Below are positions 1-8,449 of a stretch of 64,000 nucleotides of DNA, piece after piece (position 1 is the first letter of the stretch; the number at the start of each line of letters is the position of its first letter). The translations under genes and the position numbers were made by a program. The notes under the pieces were generated by a model. That model saw only the letters and a list, made by a program, of their open reading frames with translations, made no database searches and had not been told where the DNA came from. Source of the DNA: Methanothrix sp. (GTDB taxonomy: Archaea; Halobacteriota; Methanosarcinia; Methanotrichales; Methanotrichaceae); assembly GCA_040770465.1 (NCBI GenBank), contig JAXGJB010000002.1, positions 50,591 to 114,590 on the forward strand, read 5' to 3'.

Positions 1-2
1 CG

Positions 3-1715
3 CCGAAGGCGGGGGTGGAGACTGTACCCCTGGAGAGGGCAGCGGGGCGGATCCTGGCCGAGCGGGTAGTCTCCAAAATCGACGTTCCCGGCTTCGACCG
101 GGCGGCGATGGACGGCTACGCCCTGCGGTCCGCCGAGACCCTGGACGCGAGGGAGGACCGGGCCGTCGCCTTCGTCCTCGTCGGCCGGGTGCCCATGGGG
201 AGGAGGCCCGAGGTCGTCGTGGGCGAGGGCGAGGCGGTCGAGGTCTCCACCGGCTCGATGATGCCCGAGGGGGCGGACGCCGTCGTCATGGTCGAGCACG
301 CCGAGGTCGCGGGCTCGACCCTCTTCATCAGGCGGGCGGTCCACGTAGGCGAGAACGCTCACCGGGCCGGGGGGGACGTCGCCTTCGGCGAGACCGTCCT
401 TCTTCCCGGAAGAAAGCTCTCGGCCCGGGAGGTCGGCCTTCTGGCGGCGGTTGGCAGAAGGGATGTGTCGGTCCGGTCCCTCCGGGTCGCCGTCGCCTCC
501 ACCGGAAACGAGCTAATCTCTCCTGGCGAGAGTCTCGCGCCGGGGCAGATCTACGACATAAACTCTTATTCGATAGCTACGGCCGTCGAGGAGTGCGGCG
601 GGACTCCTCAGATTCGCGGGATCCTACCCGACGACCCCGACTCCATGGCCGAGGGGCTGTTGGCGATGGCCGAAGAGTCCGATCTCGTCCTCGTCAGCGG
701 GTCCACCTCGGCGGGGATCGGGGACATGGTCTACCGGGTCGTCGAGGATCTCGGCGAGATCGTATTTCACGGGATCAACCTCAAGCCCGGAAAGCCCACC
801 CTCTTCGGAACCGTCGGGAAAAAACCCTTCATCGGCCTTCCTGGATACCCGACCAGCGCCCTGACGGTCTTCGGCCTTCTGGCGGCACCATTCATCAGGA
901 GGGCGGTGGGGACCGAGCACCTGGCGCCCCGGGCCAGGGGGCGGCTCGCAAAGCCGGTCCGGTCCGAGGGCAGAAGGCAGATGCTGACGGTTGGGGTCGT
1001 CGGGGGCTGGGTGTACCCTGTGGACAAGGGGAGCGGCTCCATCACCACCCTCGCCCTGGCCGACGGCTTCATCGACATCCCCGATCGGGTCGAGCACCTG
1101 GACCGGGGCGAGGAGGTACAGGTCCAGCTCTTCGGGAACGCTCCGGAGGCTGCCCTTCTCGTCGAGGGGGAGGACTGCCCCCGGCTCGAATCCATCGCCT
1201 CTGCCCTGTCCTTCGATATGCGGGTCGTCTCCACCGGTAGCAGGCGCGGCGCCATCTCGGCGGAGGACGGCGTCGCGGATATAGCAGTCGTCTCGCGGTC
1301 TATTGGGCAGGAGCCCGTCTGGGACGAGATGGCGCTCGAACCCGTCGGCGGCTATCGCAGGGAGCTGGTGATGATGGCAAGAGACCCGGAAATTCTCGAC
1401 CTCGCTGGGGCCGAGGATCGGAAGGTAGTCGGCTGGTCGAGGGATTCGGAGATGAGCCGGATCTTGAGACGGGTCCTGGAGGAGTCGGGCTCAGAAAAGG
1501 CGAAGCTCGTCGGCGCGGCCCGGACCCACGCCGCCGTCGCGGCCGCTGTCAAGGCAGGTCGCGCAGACCTGGGCTTCGGCGTCCGGGAGGTGGCCGAGGA
1601 GGCGGGGCTGGCTCTGAGGAAGGTGGCAGAGGATGAGATACTGTTTCTCGTCCGTCCCGATAAGAGGGATCGGGGAGCGGTTCGGGCATTTCTGGAGGCT
1701 TTAAAGTGGGAGTAG
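3..1715 (+). CDS. moeA: Molybdopterin molybdenumtransferase MoeA with C-terminal PBP-like domain (5' end probably outside window)
   Basis: Motifs FDRAAMDGYA, TGSMMPEGADAVVMVE, STGNEL, YDINS, SGSTSAG, KPGKP, GLPGYP; reading frame is open back to the window edge. Confidence 0.92.
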   Translation, partial: PKAGVETVPLERAAGRILAERVVSKIDVPGFDRAAMDGYALRSAETLDAREDRAVAFVLVGRVPMGRRPEVVVGEGEAVEVSTGSMMPEGADAVVMVEHAEVAGSTLFIRRAVHVGENAHRAGGDVAFGETVLLPGRKLSAREVGLLAAVGRRDVSVRSLRVAVASTGNELISPGESLAPGQIYDINSYSIATAVEECGGTPQIRGILPDDPDSMAEGLLAMAEESDLVLVSGSTSAGIGDMVYRVVEDLGEIVFHGINLKPGKPTLFGTVGKKPFIGLPGYPTSALTVFGLLAAPFIRRAVGTEHLAPRARGRLAKPVRSEGRRQMLTVGVVGGWVYPVDKGSGSITTLALADGFIDIPDRVEHLDRGEEVQVQLFGNAPEAALLVEGEDCPRLESIASALSFDMRVVSTGSRRGAISAEDGVADIAVVSRSIGQEPVWDEMALEPVGGYRRELVMMARDPEILDLAGAEDRKVVGWSRDSEMSRILRRVLEESGSEKAKLVGAARTHAAVAAAVKAGRADLGFGVREVAEEAGLALRKVAEDEILFLVRPDKRDRGAVRAFLEALKWE

Positions 1716-1889
1716 TATCGTTTGGGGCGTATGTAGGTGGTAGAACTCTCATCTAAAAATGGGCGGAGGGGATTGATATTATCAGTTGGTTTCTCTTTCT
1801 CCCTTCTGATACAATCATTTTGGTTAACCGATCTTAATGGGCGCCAGCATCGAAACATTTTTCGTTTGGTTCCAACAACATCGTTTAGC

Positions 1890-3533
1890 ATGAGAGCAAC
1901 TCATAAAAGACACCTTTTGGCGCTGTTGATACTGACGATGCTGGCGATGCCCGTCTGTGGGCAGCAAACTGCAGAGGAGTGGTTAGAGAAAGGAAATGCT
2001 TACTATGAACAGGGCAAGTACGACGAAGCCATCCAAGCTTACGACGAAGCTATTAGCATCGATCCTGAATATGCTGATGCCTGGTATAATAAAGGTCTTG
2101 CACTCTATGTCAAGGCCGAGTACAACGAAGCCGTCCAAGCTTACGACGAAGCTATCAGGCTTGATCCTGATGATGCCTATGTCTGGTATAACAAAGACGT
2201 TGCTCCGCAGCAAACTGCAGAGGAATGGTTAGAAGAAGGTAATGCTTTCTATCAACAGGGCGAGTACGACGAGGCCATCCAGGCTTACGACGAAGCTATC
2301 ACGCTTGATCCTGAGGATGCCAGTGCCTGGTATAACAAAGGCGTTGCTCTCGATGACCTTGGCAGATACGACGAGGCCGTCCAAGCTTACGACGAGGCTA
2401 TCAAGCTTGATCCTGATGATGCCAGTACTTGGTATAACAAAGGCCTTGCTCTAGATGCTCAGGGCAAGTACGACGAGGCCATCCAAGCTTACGATGAAGC
2501 CATCAGGCTTGATCCTGAGGATGCAGATACATGGAATAACAAAGGCAATTCACTTTCTGATCAGGGCAAGTACGATGAAGCAATCATAGCTTACAACGAA
2601 GCCATCGGGCTTGATTCCGAGTATGCCGGTGCCTGTTATAATAAAGGTAATGCTTTCTATGCCCAGGGCAAGTACGACGAGGCGATCCAAGCTTACGACG
2701 AAGCTATCAAGCTTGATCCCGAGTTTGCCGAAGCATGGAATAACAAAGGCGTTGCTCTCGATGACCTCGGGCAGTATGGCGAAGCGATGCTGGCTTACGA
2801 CGAAGCCCTCAGGCTCGATCCTGATGATGCAGATGCCTGGAATAACAAGGGCCTTGCTCTCTATAATCAGAGCAAGTACGATGAGGCAGTCCTGGCTTAC
2901 GACGAAGCCCTCAGGCTCGATCCAGAAAATGCAGATTTTTGGTTGATGAAAAGTATCGTCCTCCTGCTTGCTGGCAATTACAGCGAATCTGCCGACGCCT
3001 TCAACGAAACGATCAATCTGGGTCTGGAAGATGCCGATGTTTGGGGTCTTAAAGGTGCAGCACTCCTATTTGCGGGCAATTACAGTGCAGGTATAGAGGC
3101 TTTAGATGCTGCAATCGAGCTAGATCCAGAAGACAGCGTCCCTTGGAAAGATAAAGGTGACGCGTTCTATGCCATGGGCGATTATGATCATGCCCTTGAA
3201 TCCTACAACAGATCAATCGAATTGAACCAGTCGGATGCGCAAGCGTGGCACAGTAAGTTTTTCGCTCTCCAGGCCCTTGGGCGCAATTCAGAGTCTATAG
3301 AAGCCCTCAACAACTCCAAAGAGCTTGGATTAACAGATGCGGAAGCTTTGAATGACGAGGGGTGGGTGTTGTATTTATCAGGAAATTACAGCGAGTCTCT
3401 GGACGCTTACGAACGGGCCCTGGAACTGGATCCAGAATTATCCGATACATGGTTCAACAAAGGAGTCACCCTAAGAGCTCTCGGGCGGGATGAAGAAGCA
3501 GATGATGCCTTCGCTATTGGTTTGAAATCTTGA
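1890..3533 (+). CDS. Secreted tetratricopeptide repeat (TPR) protein
   Basis: Signal peptide MRATHKRHLLALLILTMLAMPVCG, then many 34-aa repeats AWxNKGxALxxxGxYDEAIxAYDEAIxLDP; ATG 1890 preferred over the ORF-track start. Confidence 0.9.
   Translation: MRATHKRHLLALLILTMLAMPVCGQQTAEEWLEKGNAYYEQGKYDEAIQAYDEAISIDPEYADAWYNKGLALYVKAEYNEAVQAYDEAIRLDPDDAYVWYNKDVAPQQTAEEWLEEGNAFYQQGEYDEAIQAYDEAITLDPEDASAWYNKGVALDDLGRYDEAVQAYDEAIKLDPDDASTWYNKGLALDAQGKYDEAIQAYDEAIRLDPEDADTWNNKGNSLSDQGKYDEAIIAYNEAIGLDSEYAGACYNKGNAFYAQGKYDEAIQAYDEAIKLDPEFAEAWNNKGVALDDLGQYGEAMLAYDEALRLDPDDADAWNNKGLALYNQSKYDEAVLAYDEALRLDPENADFWLMKSIVLLLAGNYSESADAFNETINLGLEDADVWGLKGAALLFAGNYSAGIEALDAAIELDPEDSVPWKDKGDAFYAMGDYDHALESYNRSIELNQSDAQAWHSKFFALQALGRNSESIEALNNSKELGLTDAEALNDEGWVLYLSGNYSESLDAYERALELDPELSDTWFNKGVTLRALGRDEEADDAFAIGLKS
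1962..2940 (+). repeat. ~102-bp imperfect tandem repeats encoding TPR units
   Basis: Recurrent cagggcaagtacgacgaggccatccaagcttacgacgaagctatca-like blocks at 102-bp period. Confidence 0.85.
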
Positions 3534-3680
3534 GGCGCGGGGGGGGACGAGTTCCCCGCACCAACTTTCTCATTATTCCGAATCGAGGCCAACAAGAGAT
3601 CTCGGAGAAGGAGAAATCCAATAAGAATAATCTTCGGCGTTAAAACCCACCATTAAAAACGCTGCAGGATGATCTCTTCT

Positions 3681-4142
3681 TCACCTAAGATCCCGTACCA
3701 TCGGCACAGACCGGATGTGATCCTCGGCCCGCTCAGCCCCAGCCTTCCGAAACCCGAGCTTCTCGTAGGTCGCGACGGCGTTCGGCGACGAGTTGACGGT
3801 GACTCGCGAGAGGTCCGGATTCCTCCTCTTAGAGATCGATAGACTCCGCCGCAACAGCTCGCTTCCTACCCCTTCGCCCTGGTGCTCGCCCTCCACGAAG
3901 AAGAGGGTGACGTGGCCGTCCTCCCTCACTTCGATCATCCCCGCGATCTCGCCGTCGACGATGGCCAAGAGGACGAGATGGTTCCACCGCGATCGGAGCA
4001 GGAGGAGGTGGGGGTCGGCGTAGCTCTGAAACTCCCGACGCCCATCAGATGAGAACTGAGAGGCGACGAATCGGTCGAAGACCCGGAGGGCGAGGTCGCA
4101 GACCTTCGCCTCCTCGCCGACCCTCATCGGCCGAAACTCCAT
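3681..4142 (-). CDS. GNAT family N-acetyltransferase
   Basis: LFFVEGEHQGEGVGSELL (acetyl-CoA motif A) and NSSPNAVATYEKLGF (motif B). Confidence 0.88.
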   Translation of the reverse strand: MEFRPMRVGEEAKVCDLALRVFDRFVASQFSSDGRREFQSYADPHLLLLRSRWNHLVLLAIVDGEIAGMIEVREDGHVTLFFVEGEHQGEGVGSELLRRSLSISKRRNPDLSRVTVNSSPNAVATYEKLGFRKAGAERAEDHIRSVPMVRDLR

Positions 4143-5144
4143 TCATCCGCCCCTGGACCGCTTCACCTTCCTCTCGTAGTAGCTGAGGGGATGGTTCACC
4201 CACCGGCAGAGCCGGTCCTCGCCGGGGCAGTTCCCGTAGGTGGCCATGGTGGCGCAGGATGGCGGCTTGTAGGCGGTCCCGCCCTTCCCCGCGATGTGCT
4301 CGACCTGGTAGCGGGTCTTCTCCTCGTCGAAGTCGGGGCTGGTGTTAAAGACGCCGACCACCTCGTCGACGGTCATCCCCACCGCCAGGAGGAAGGTGGT
4401 GAGGGCGAACCGTGCGGTGTGGGCGAGGTTTCCTCCCGCCGCCACCGCGGCGAGAAAACCGCGTATGCATGGTGGGAAGGCGTCCTCGGTCACCTCGCCT
4501 AAGTCGACCTTCTCCTCCGCCCTCTTCGCCGAGAGCTCCTCCTCGATCCTATCGAGGTCTGGCCGGAGCTTCTCGCATATCGCCGGGGGGACGGGGAGGG
4601 GAAGGCCCCGCCCGACCCGATCCTTCGCCCTCTCCTCCAGAAGCCGGGCCAGCTCGTGACCGGTGAGGGCGACCCACCCCGCCTCCAGAGAGCGGTTGAC
4701 CAGCTTCCAGCCGGGGCTGTGGAGCCTCGCGGCCCCTTTGAGGTAGTCGGAGAAGTAGACCCGCAGGCCGGCCTGGTCGGATTGAGGAAAAACGTCCAGG
4801 TCGCGGGCGAGCAAAATTAGATCTTGAAGGCTTTCTGTGCCCATCTTCCGGCTCGCGAGCTTCGCCTCGGCGAGGGCGTACCTCCTCGTCAACAGATCGT
4901 CGTTGAGGCAGGATACCATCACCCTCGCCAGGGGGTAGGAGAGAAGCTCTGCCAGGGGGTGGGCCCTCTCGTCGGAGATCTCCCCCCGGACGGCGCCGAG
5001 CACCCGCTCTGTGGCTCTCCTCTTCACGAGGCGGGCAAGCCTCGGCTGGGGGTTCGGCTCTTCCAGGAGCCCCTCCAGGGAGTAGCCGGTCTCCTCCACC
5101 CTGGCCGCCGCCTCGCGGGAGAAGGGGTAGTCTGAGAGGCTCAT
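4143..5144 (-). CDS. priL: DNA primase large subunit PriL
   Basis: YPF N-terminus, LSYPLAR, FPPCI, H-ARF, PDFDEEKTRYQVEHI, YKPPSC..C..C Fe-S ligands; adjacent to pcna. Confidence 0.95.
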   Translation of the reverse strand: MSLSDYPFSREAAARVEETGYSLEGLLEEPNPQPRLARLVKRRATERVLGAVRGEISDERAHPLAELLSYPLARVMVSCLNDDLLTRRYALAEAKLASRKMGTESLQDLILLARDLDVFPQSDQAGLRVYFSDYLKGAARLHSPGWKLVNRSLEAGWVALTGHELARLLEERAKDRVGRGLPLPVPPAICEKLRPDLDRIEEELSAKRAEEKVDLGEVTEDAFPPCIRGFLAAVAAGGNLAHTARFALTTFLLAVGMTVDEVVGVFNTSPDFDEEKTRYQVEHIAGKGGTAYKPPSCATMATYGNCPGEDRLCRWVNHPLSYYERKVKRSRGG

Positions 5145-5884
5145 TCCTGCTCGATTCTCGGAGCGAGAAGGTAGTTTATCTCGACCCCCTGGCCGAGCTT
5201 GAAGCTGATCCTCAGGGGATAGTCGACCCCCATCTCCAGCTTCACCTCCTGGGCTTTGCCGATCGCCTTGCTCATGTCGGCCAGGTAATCCAGAGAGAAT
5301 AGGGATCTCGCCTTTCCGGGCTTGAGGCCCAGAAGCTCCGTTCCCGGCATCTTCAGCTTGAGGGAGTCGATGTCCCCCTTCGCCTCCATGTAGAACTGGT
5401 CCTCAGGATCGTCGGTGACGCCGAGGACGACGTGATCGGAGACCTTCTCCGCGGCCCTCACCGCCTTTCGGAGTTGTGCTCCGGGAAGGATCACGTGGGC
5501 CGGGAGGTCCAGCTCCGGCACCCGGGGCTCTTTTCTTATGGCGCTGGGGTCGATGAGGCTGAGGGTGTAGGATAGGGAGTTCACCCCTATCTTCAGCTTG
5601 TGGTTCTCCTCGTCCAGCTCGAGGGTGACGTTCTCGCCCCGGTCTGCCATGGAGAGGACGTCGGTGAGCCTCACCAGGTCGACGCCGATCTCGCCAGCGG
5701 TCGCCTTGAAGTACTCGAAGGCCTCGGCATTCAGCCGGAAGGAGACCATGGCCACGTTGGCGGGGTCCACAGCCTTCAGCTCAACGCCGTTCTCTGACAG
5801 GGTGAACTTCACCTCGTCGACAAGAGACGATACCGCCTCCACAGCATCCCGCAGGGTTTCTGCGCTTATCACTGCCTTGAACAT
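5141..5884 (-). CDS. pcn: DNA polymerase sliding clamp PCNA
   Basis: AVDPANVAMV, SLFSLDYL, C-terminal YLLAPRIE. Confidence 0.97.
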   Translation of the reverse strand: MFKAVISAETLRDAVEAVSSLVDEVKFTLSENGVELKAVDPANVAMVSFRLNAEAFEYFKATAGEIGVDLVRLTDVLSMADRGENVTLELDEENHKLKIGVNSLSYTLSLIDPSAIRKEPRVPELDLPAHVILPGAQLRKAVRAAEKVSDHVVLGVTDDPEDQFYMEAKGDIDSLKLKMPGTELLGLKPGKARSLFSLDYLADMSKAIGKAQEVKLEMGVDYPLRISFKLGQGVEINYLLAPRIEQE

Positions 5885-5938
5885 CCTAGAGCCCCTCCAT
5901 CGGAGAGATCAATTTTATCTTAAATATAGATTATCCCA

Positions 5939-6250
5939 TCAGTCGTACTCTCTCCAGGTGAAATTGCATTTCGTGCATCTGAAGAAGCGGACTTCACTCT
6001 CGTCGGCGGATCGCAGCTGCCGCAGCCACCAGTAAGCGGTATCGTTCCCGCACTCGGGGCACTTGGACTTGGTGGTGGGAAGCCCCGCAGCCTCCGAATC
6101 CTCGATCACCGTCATGGTGCGCTCTTTCTGCTCGGTCTTGCTGACGAGGTTGTCGCTCTTCTTCATCTCAACCTTCTTGCCGCACCTTCTGCAGACCAGC
6201 ACGCCCTCCGACGGCACCATAATGCTCTTACAATCGGGACAAAACTCCAT
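5939..6250 (-). CDS. tfs: Transcription factor S (TFS)
   Basis: MEFCPDC..CRRC N-terminal ribbon; C-terminal CPEC..QLRSADESEVRFFRCTKC with the DE acidic hairpin. Confidence 0.95.
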   Translation of the reverse strand: MEFCPDCKSIMVPSEGVLVCRRCGKKVEMKKSDNLVSKTEQKERTMTVIEDSEAAGLPTTKSKCPECGNDTAYWWLRQLRSADESEVRFFRCTKCNFTWREYD

Positions 6251-6253
6251 CAG

Positions 6254-6275
6254 ATGACGAGTACTCACTCGTCAT
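6254..6275. promoter_or_regulatory. Perfect 9-bp inverted repeat between divergent tfs and ACT-domain gene
   Basis: ATGACGAGT-ACTC-ACTCGTCAT. Confidence 0.5.
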
Positions 6276-6351
6276 ATTAAAGTTTACCAGTTGAGTAAAG
6301 GTGTATGATGATGAGGAGAGCCACCCGAGCGGCTCCAACTCTGAGGTGATC

Positions 6352-7008
6352 ATGAGCACTGCATTGAACGTAATCTGTGAGAACAGGCCCGGGGTGCTGC
6401 GGGACATAGCCGGGGTCGTCGCCAGCCTCGGCGGGAACATCGAGTACACCCAGCAGTTCGTCCTGGAACGGGGCGTGAACATCGGGAAGGCCACCGTCTA
6501 CATGGAGATCGACCAGCTGGCCGCTGGGATGGTGGAGGACCTGGAGTCGCTCCCCTCGGTGATGGAGGTCTCCGTCCACCAGTCCTTCGAGAAGATCTAC
6601 GGCTCCAGGGTGATCATCATCGGGGGCGGCGCCCAGGTCGCCCAGGCGGCCGTCGGGGCCGTCAACGAGGCCGACCGCCACAACCTCCGGGGGGAGAGGA
6701 TCAGCGTCGACACCATCCCCCTGGTGGGGGAAGACCCCATCGCCGACGCCGTCAACGCCGTGGGCCGTCTCCACCGGGCCTCGGTACTGGTCCTGGCTGG
6801 AGCCCTGATGGGCGGCAGGATCTCCGAAGAGGTCCAGAGGCTCCAGGAAGAGGGGATCCCGGTGATCGCCCTCAAGATGGCGGGATCGGTACCCAGCTAC
6901 GCAGACCTGGTGGTGACCGACCCCATCCAGGCCGGGACCTTCGCGGTGATGCACGTCGCCAAGACCGCGATCTTCGACATAAAAAGGGTCCAAGGGATGG
7001 AGTTCTGA
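6352..7008 (+). CDS. ACT-domain protein, methanogen-conserved (DUF5612-like)
   Basis: N-terminal ACT motif ENRPGVLRDIAGVVASLGGNI; GGGAQVAQAAVGAVNEADRHNLRGERISVDTIP; RBS GAGGTGAT before ATG 6352. Confidence 0.8.
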   Translation: MSTALNVICENRPGVLRDIAGVVASLGGNIEYTQQFVLERGVNIGKATVYMEIDQLAAGMVEDLESLPSVMEVSVHQSFEKIYGSRVIIIGGGAQVAQAAVGAVNEADRHNLRGERISVDTIPLVGEDPIADAVNAVGRLHRASVLVLAGALMGGRISEEVQRLQEEGIPVIALKMAGSVPSYADLVVTDPIQAGTFAVMHVAKTAIFDIKRVQGMEF

Positions 7009-7109
7009 GATCGCTTGGAAAGGACGGATCGTGAGCTCGGATCGGCAGAGGCCCGGATCGGCACGAAGATGACGGTGGCGTCCGACGGCCGGATTCGGAG
7101 GCGGCGGGC

Positions 7110-7361
7110 TTATCCCCGGAGCCCCATCGCCTCAAGATCCCTGACGGCATCGCCGTCGAATAGCTCGTCCACGGTGTAAAAGTCGTCCCCGACCATCAGG
7201 ACGGGGGCGCTGAGGGTGAAGACCCCGTTGACCCGAAGCTCCGTCAGGGCCTCCGCGGTGGCCATATCCACCGTCTCGAACTCGACCCCCCAGCCGTTAA
7301 GAACCCTCTTCACCTGCTCGCACCGGGGACAGTCGGATGTGGTGTAAACGACGTACTTCAA
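7110..7361 (-). CDS. Glutaredoxin/NrdH-like protein
   Basis: VYTTSDCPRC CxxC, SAPVL cis-Pro motif; TTG start after RBS GAGGGGTGAT. Confidence 0.85.
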   Translation of the reverse strand: MKYVVYTTSDCPRCEQVKRVLNGWGVEFETVDMATAEALTELRVNGVFTLSAPVLMVGDDFYTVDELFDGDAVRDLEAMGLRG

Positions 7362-7436
7362 AGGCAGATCACCCCTCAATATTCTTCTTATTTCCTCGCC
7401 CCATCGATTTCTCATTTCCTCGCCGAAGGGCGCGTT

Positions 7437-7772
7437 TCACCTCAGCACCATCGGATAGCCCTTCTCCGAACGGACGGCGTACCCCTCTTCGACGGCCCTG
7501 TCCGCGCAATCCCGGCAGCATGAGAAGTTGGTGAGGTAGGTCACCCCTGCCATCTCGTGCTCGAAGATGTTGTTGCAGCTGAGCCCCATGATCCGTCGGC
7601 AGTCGAGGCCTCTGCAGAACTCGTGGTCGTCTGCCACCATCGGAAACTCGTCCTCAAACCAGATCTTCGGCAAAAGGACCGGGAGTATCGCCATGTCCAT
7701 GCCGCATCCACAGGGCCCGTAGGTGTCCTCGGGCCCGTCGTAGACGATGGCCCTCTCGATCTTATATTCCAT
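7437..7772 (-). CDS. Hypothetical cysteine-rich protein
   Basis: 111-aa ORF with host-like codon usage and 8 Cys (CGC, CxxxxC, C, CCxxC). Confidence 0.7.
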   Translation of the reverse strand: MEYKIERAIVYDGPEDTYGPCGCGMDMAILPVLLPKIWFEDEFPMVADDHEFCRGLDCRRIMGLSCNNIFEHEMAGVTYLTNFSCCRDCADRAVEEGYAVRSEKGYPMVLR

Positions 7773-8175
7773 ATTCCGCCACCCCGAGCGGATCTCCCGC
7801 TCATCCGGAAAAGGGTCGCGAGACCTAAATAACCTTTCTCATCTTTAGGACGGATCGAGGATATCGTCAGCCCTAAAAAAGCCAGCCGGCACCGGAGGTC
7901 GGGCAGGACCTGACCGTCAACCCGTCAACCTACCATATCGGACGAGGTCTTCTCGCGATGAAAATAAAGTTTCATTGGTGGATTTTTGACATAAGATGCC
8001 TATATCTCCCTTTTTCTTCGATTATTCTGTATAATACTGCATTCGAGTTTACGAAAATTATATATAGTGACCTGTTGGACAACTCAGAGTCGATTAGGCT
8101 CTTTAGTCGGAGAATAAGCGGGTTAAATCCTTTTTCTGACTGTCAGAGCCGGATTTTGGGAGGAGAGGAGATCAA

Positions 8176-8409
8176 ATGGCGATACTTCCGGTGGCACCGG
8201 TCAGCAGGCTCATCCGCGAGGCGGGGGCGAAACGGGTAAGCGAGGGCGCGAGGGACGCCCTGGCAGAAATTTTGGAGAGCTACGGGATGGAGGTGGCCGA
8301 AGAGGCCGTCGAATGGGCAAACCACGCCAAGCGAAAGACGGTGAAGGCCGAGGACATCCGTGAGGCGGTCAAGAGGGTCCGGCCTCCTCGGGCGCCCGGA
8401 ACCGACTGA
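8176..8409 (+). CDS. Archaeal histone (HMf family)
   Basis: LPVAPVSRLIREAGAKRVSEGA...HAKRKTVKAEDI histone-fold signature; GGAG RBS. Confidence 0.95.
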   Translation: MAILPVAPVSRLIREAGAKRVSEGARDALAEILESYGMEVAEEAVEWANHAKRKTVKAEDIREAVKRVRPPRAPGTD

Positions 8410-8449
8410 GGCAGATATTATTTAACCCTGGAGGTAAGGTCGTCTCTTC

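Noticed and set aside
1737-1889. 51-aa N-terminal extension of the TPR ORF
   Set aside because: AT-rich promoter-like sequence; the signal peptide starts at ATG 1890
1962-2940. TPR repeats as a diversity-generating retroelement target
   Set aside because: No reverse transcriptase or non-coding template repeat in the window; differences are not evidently adenine-specific
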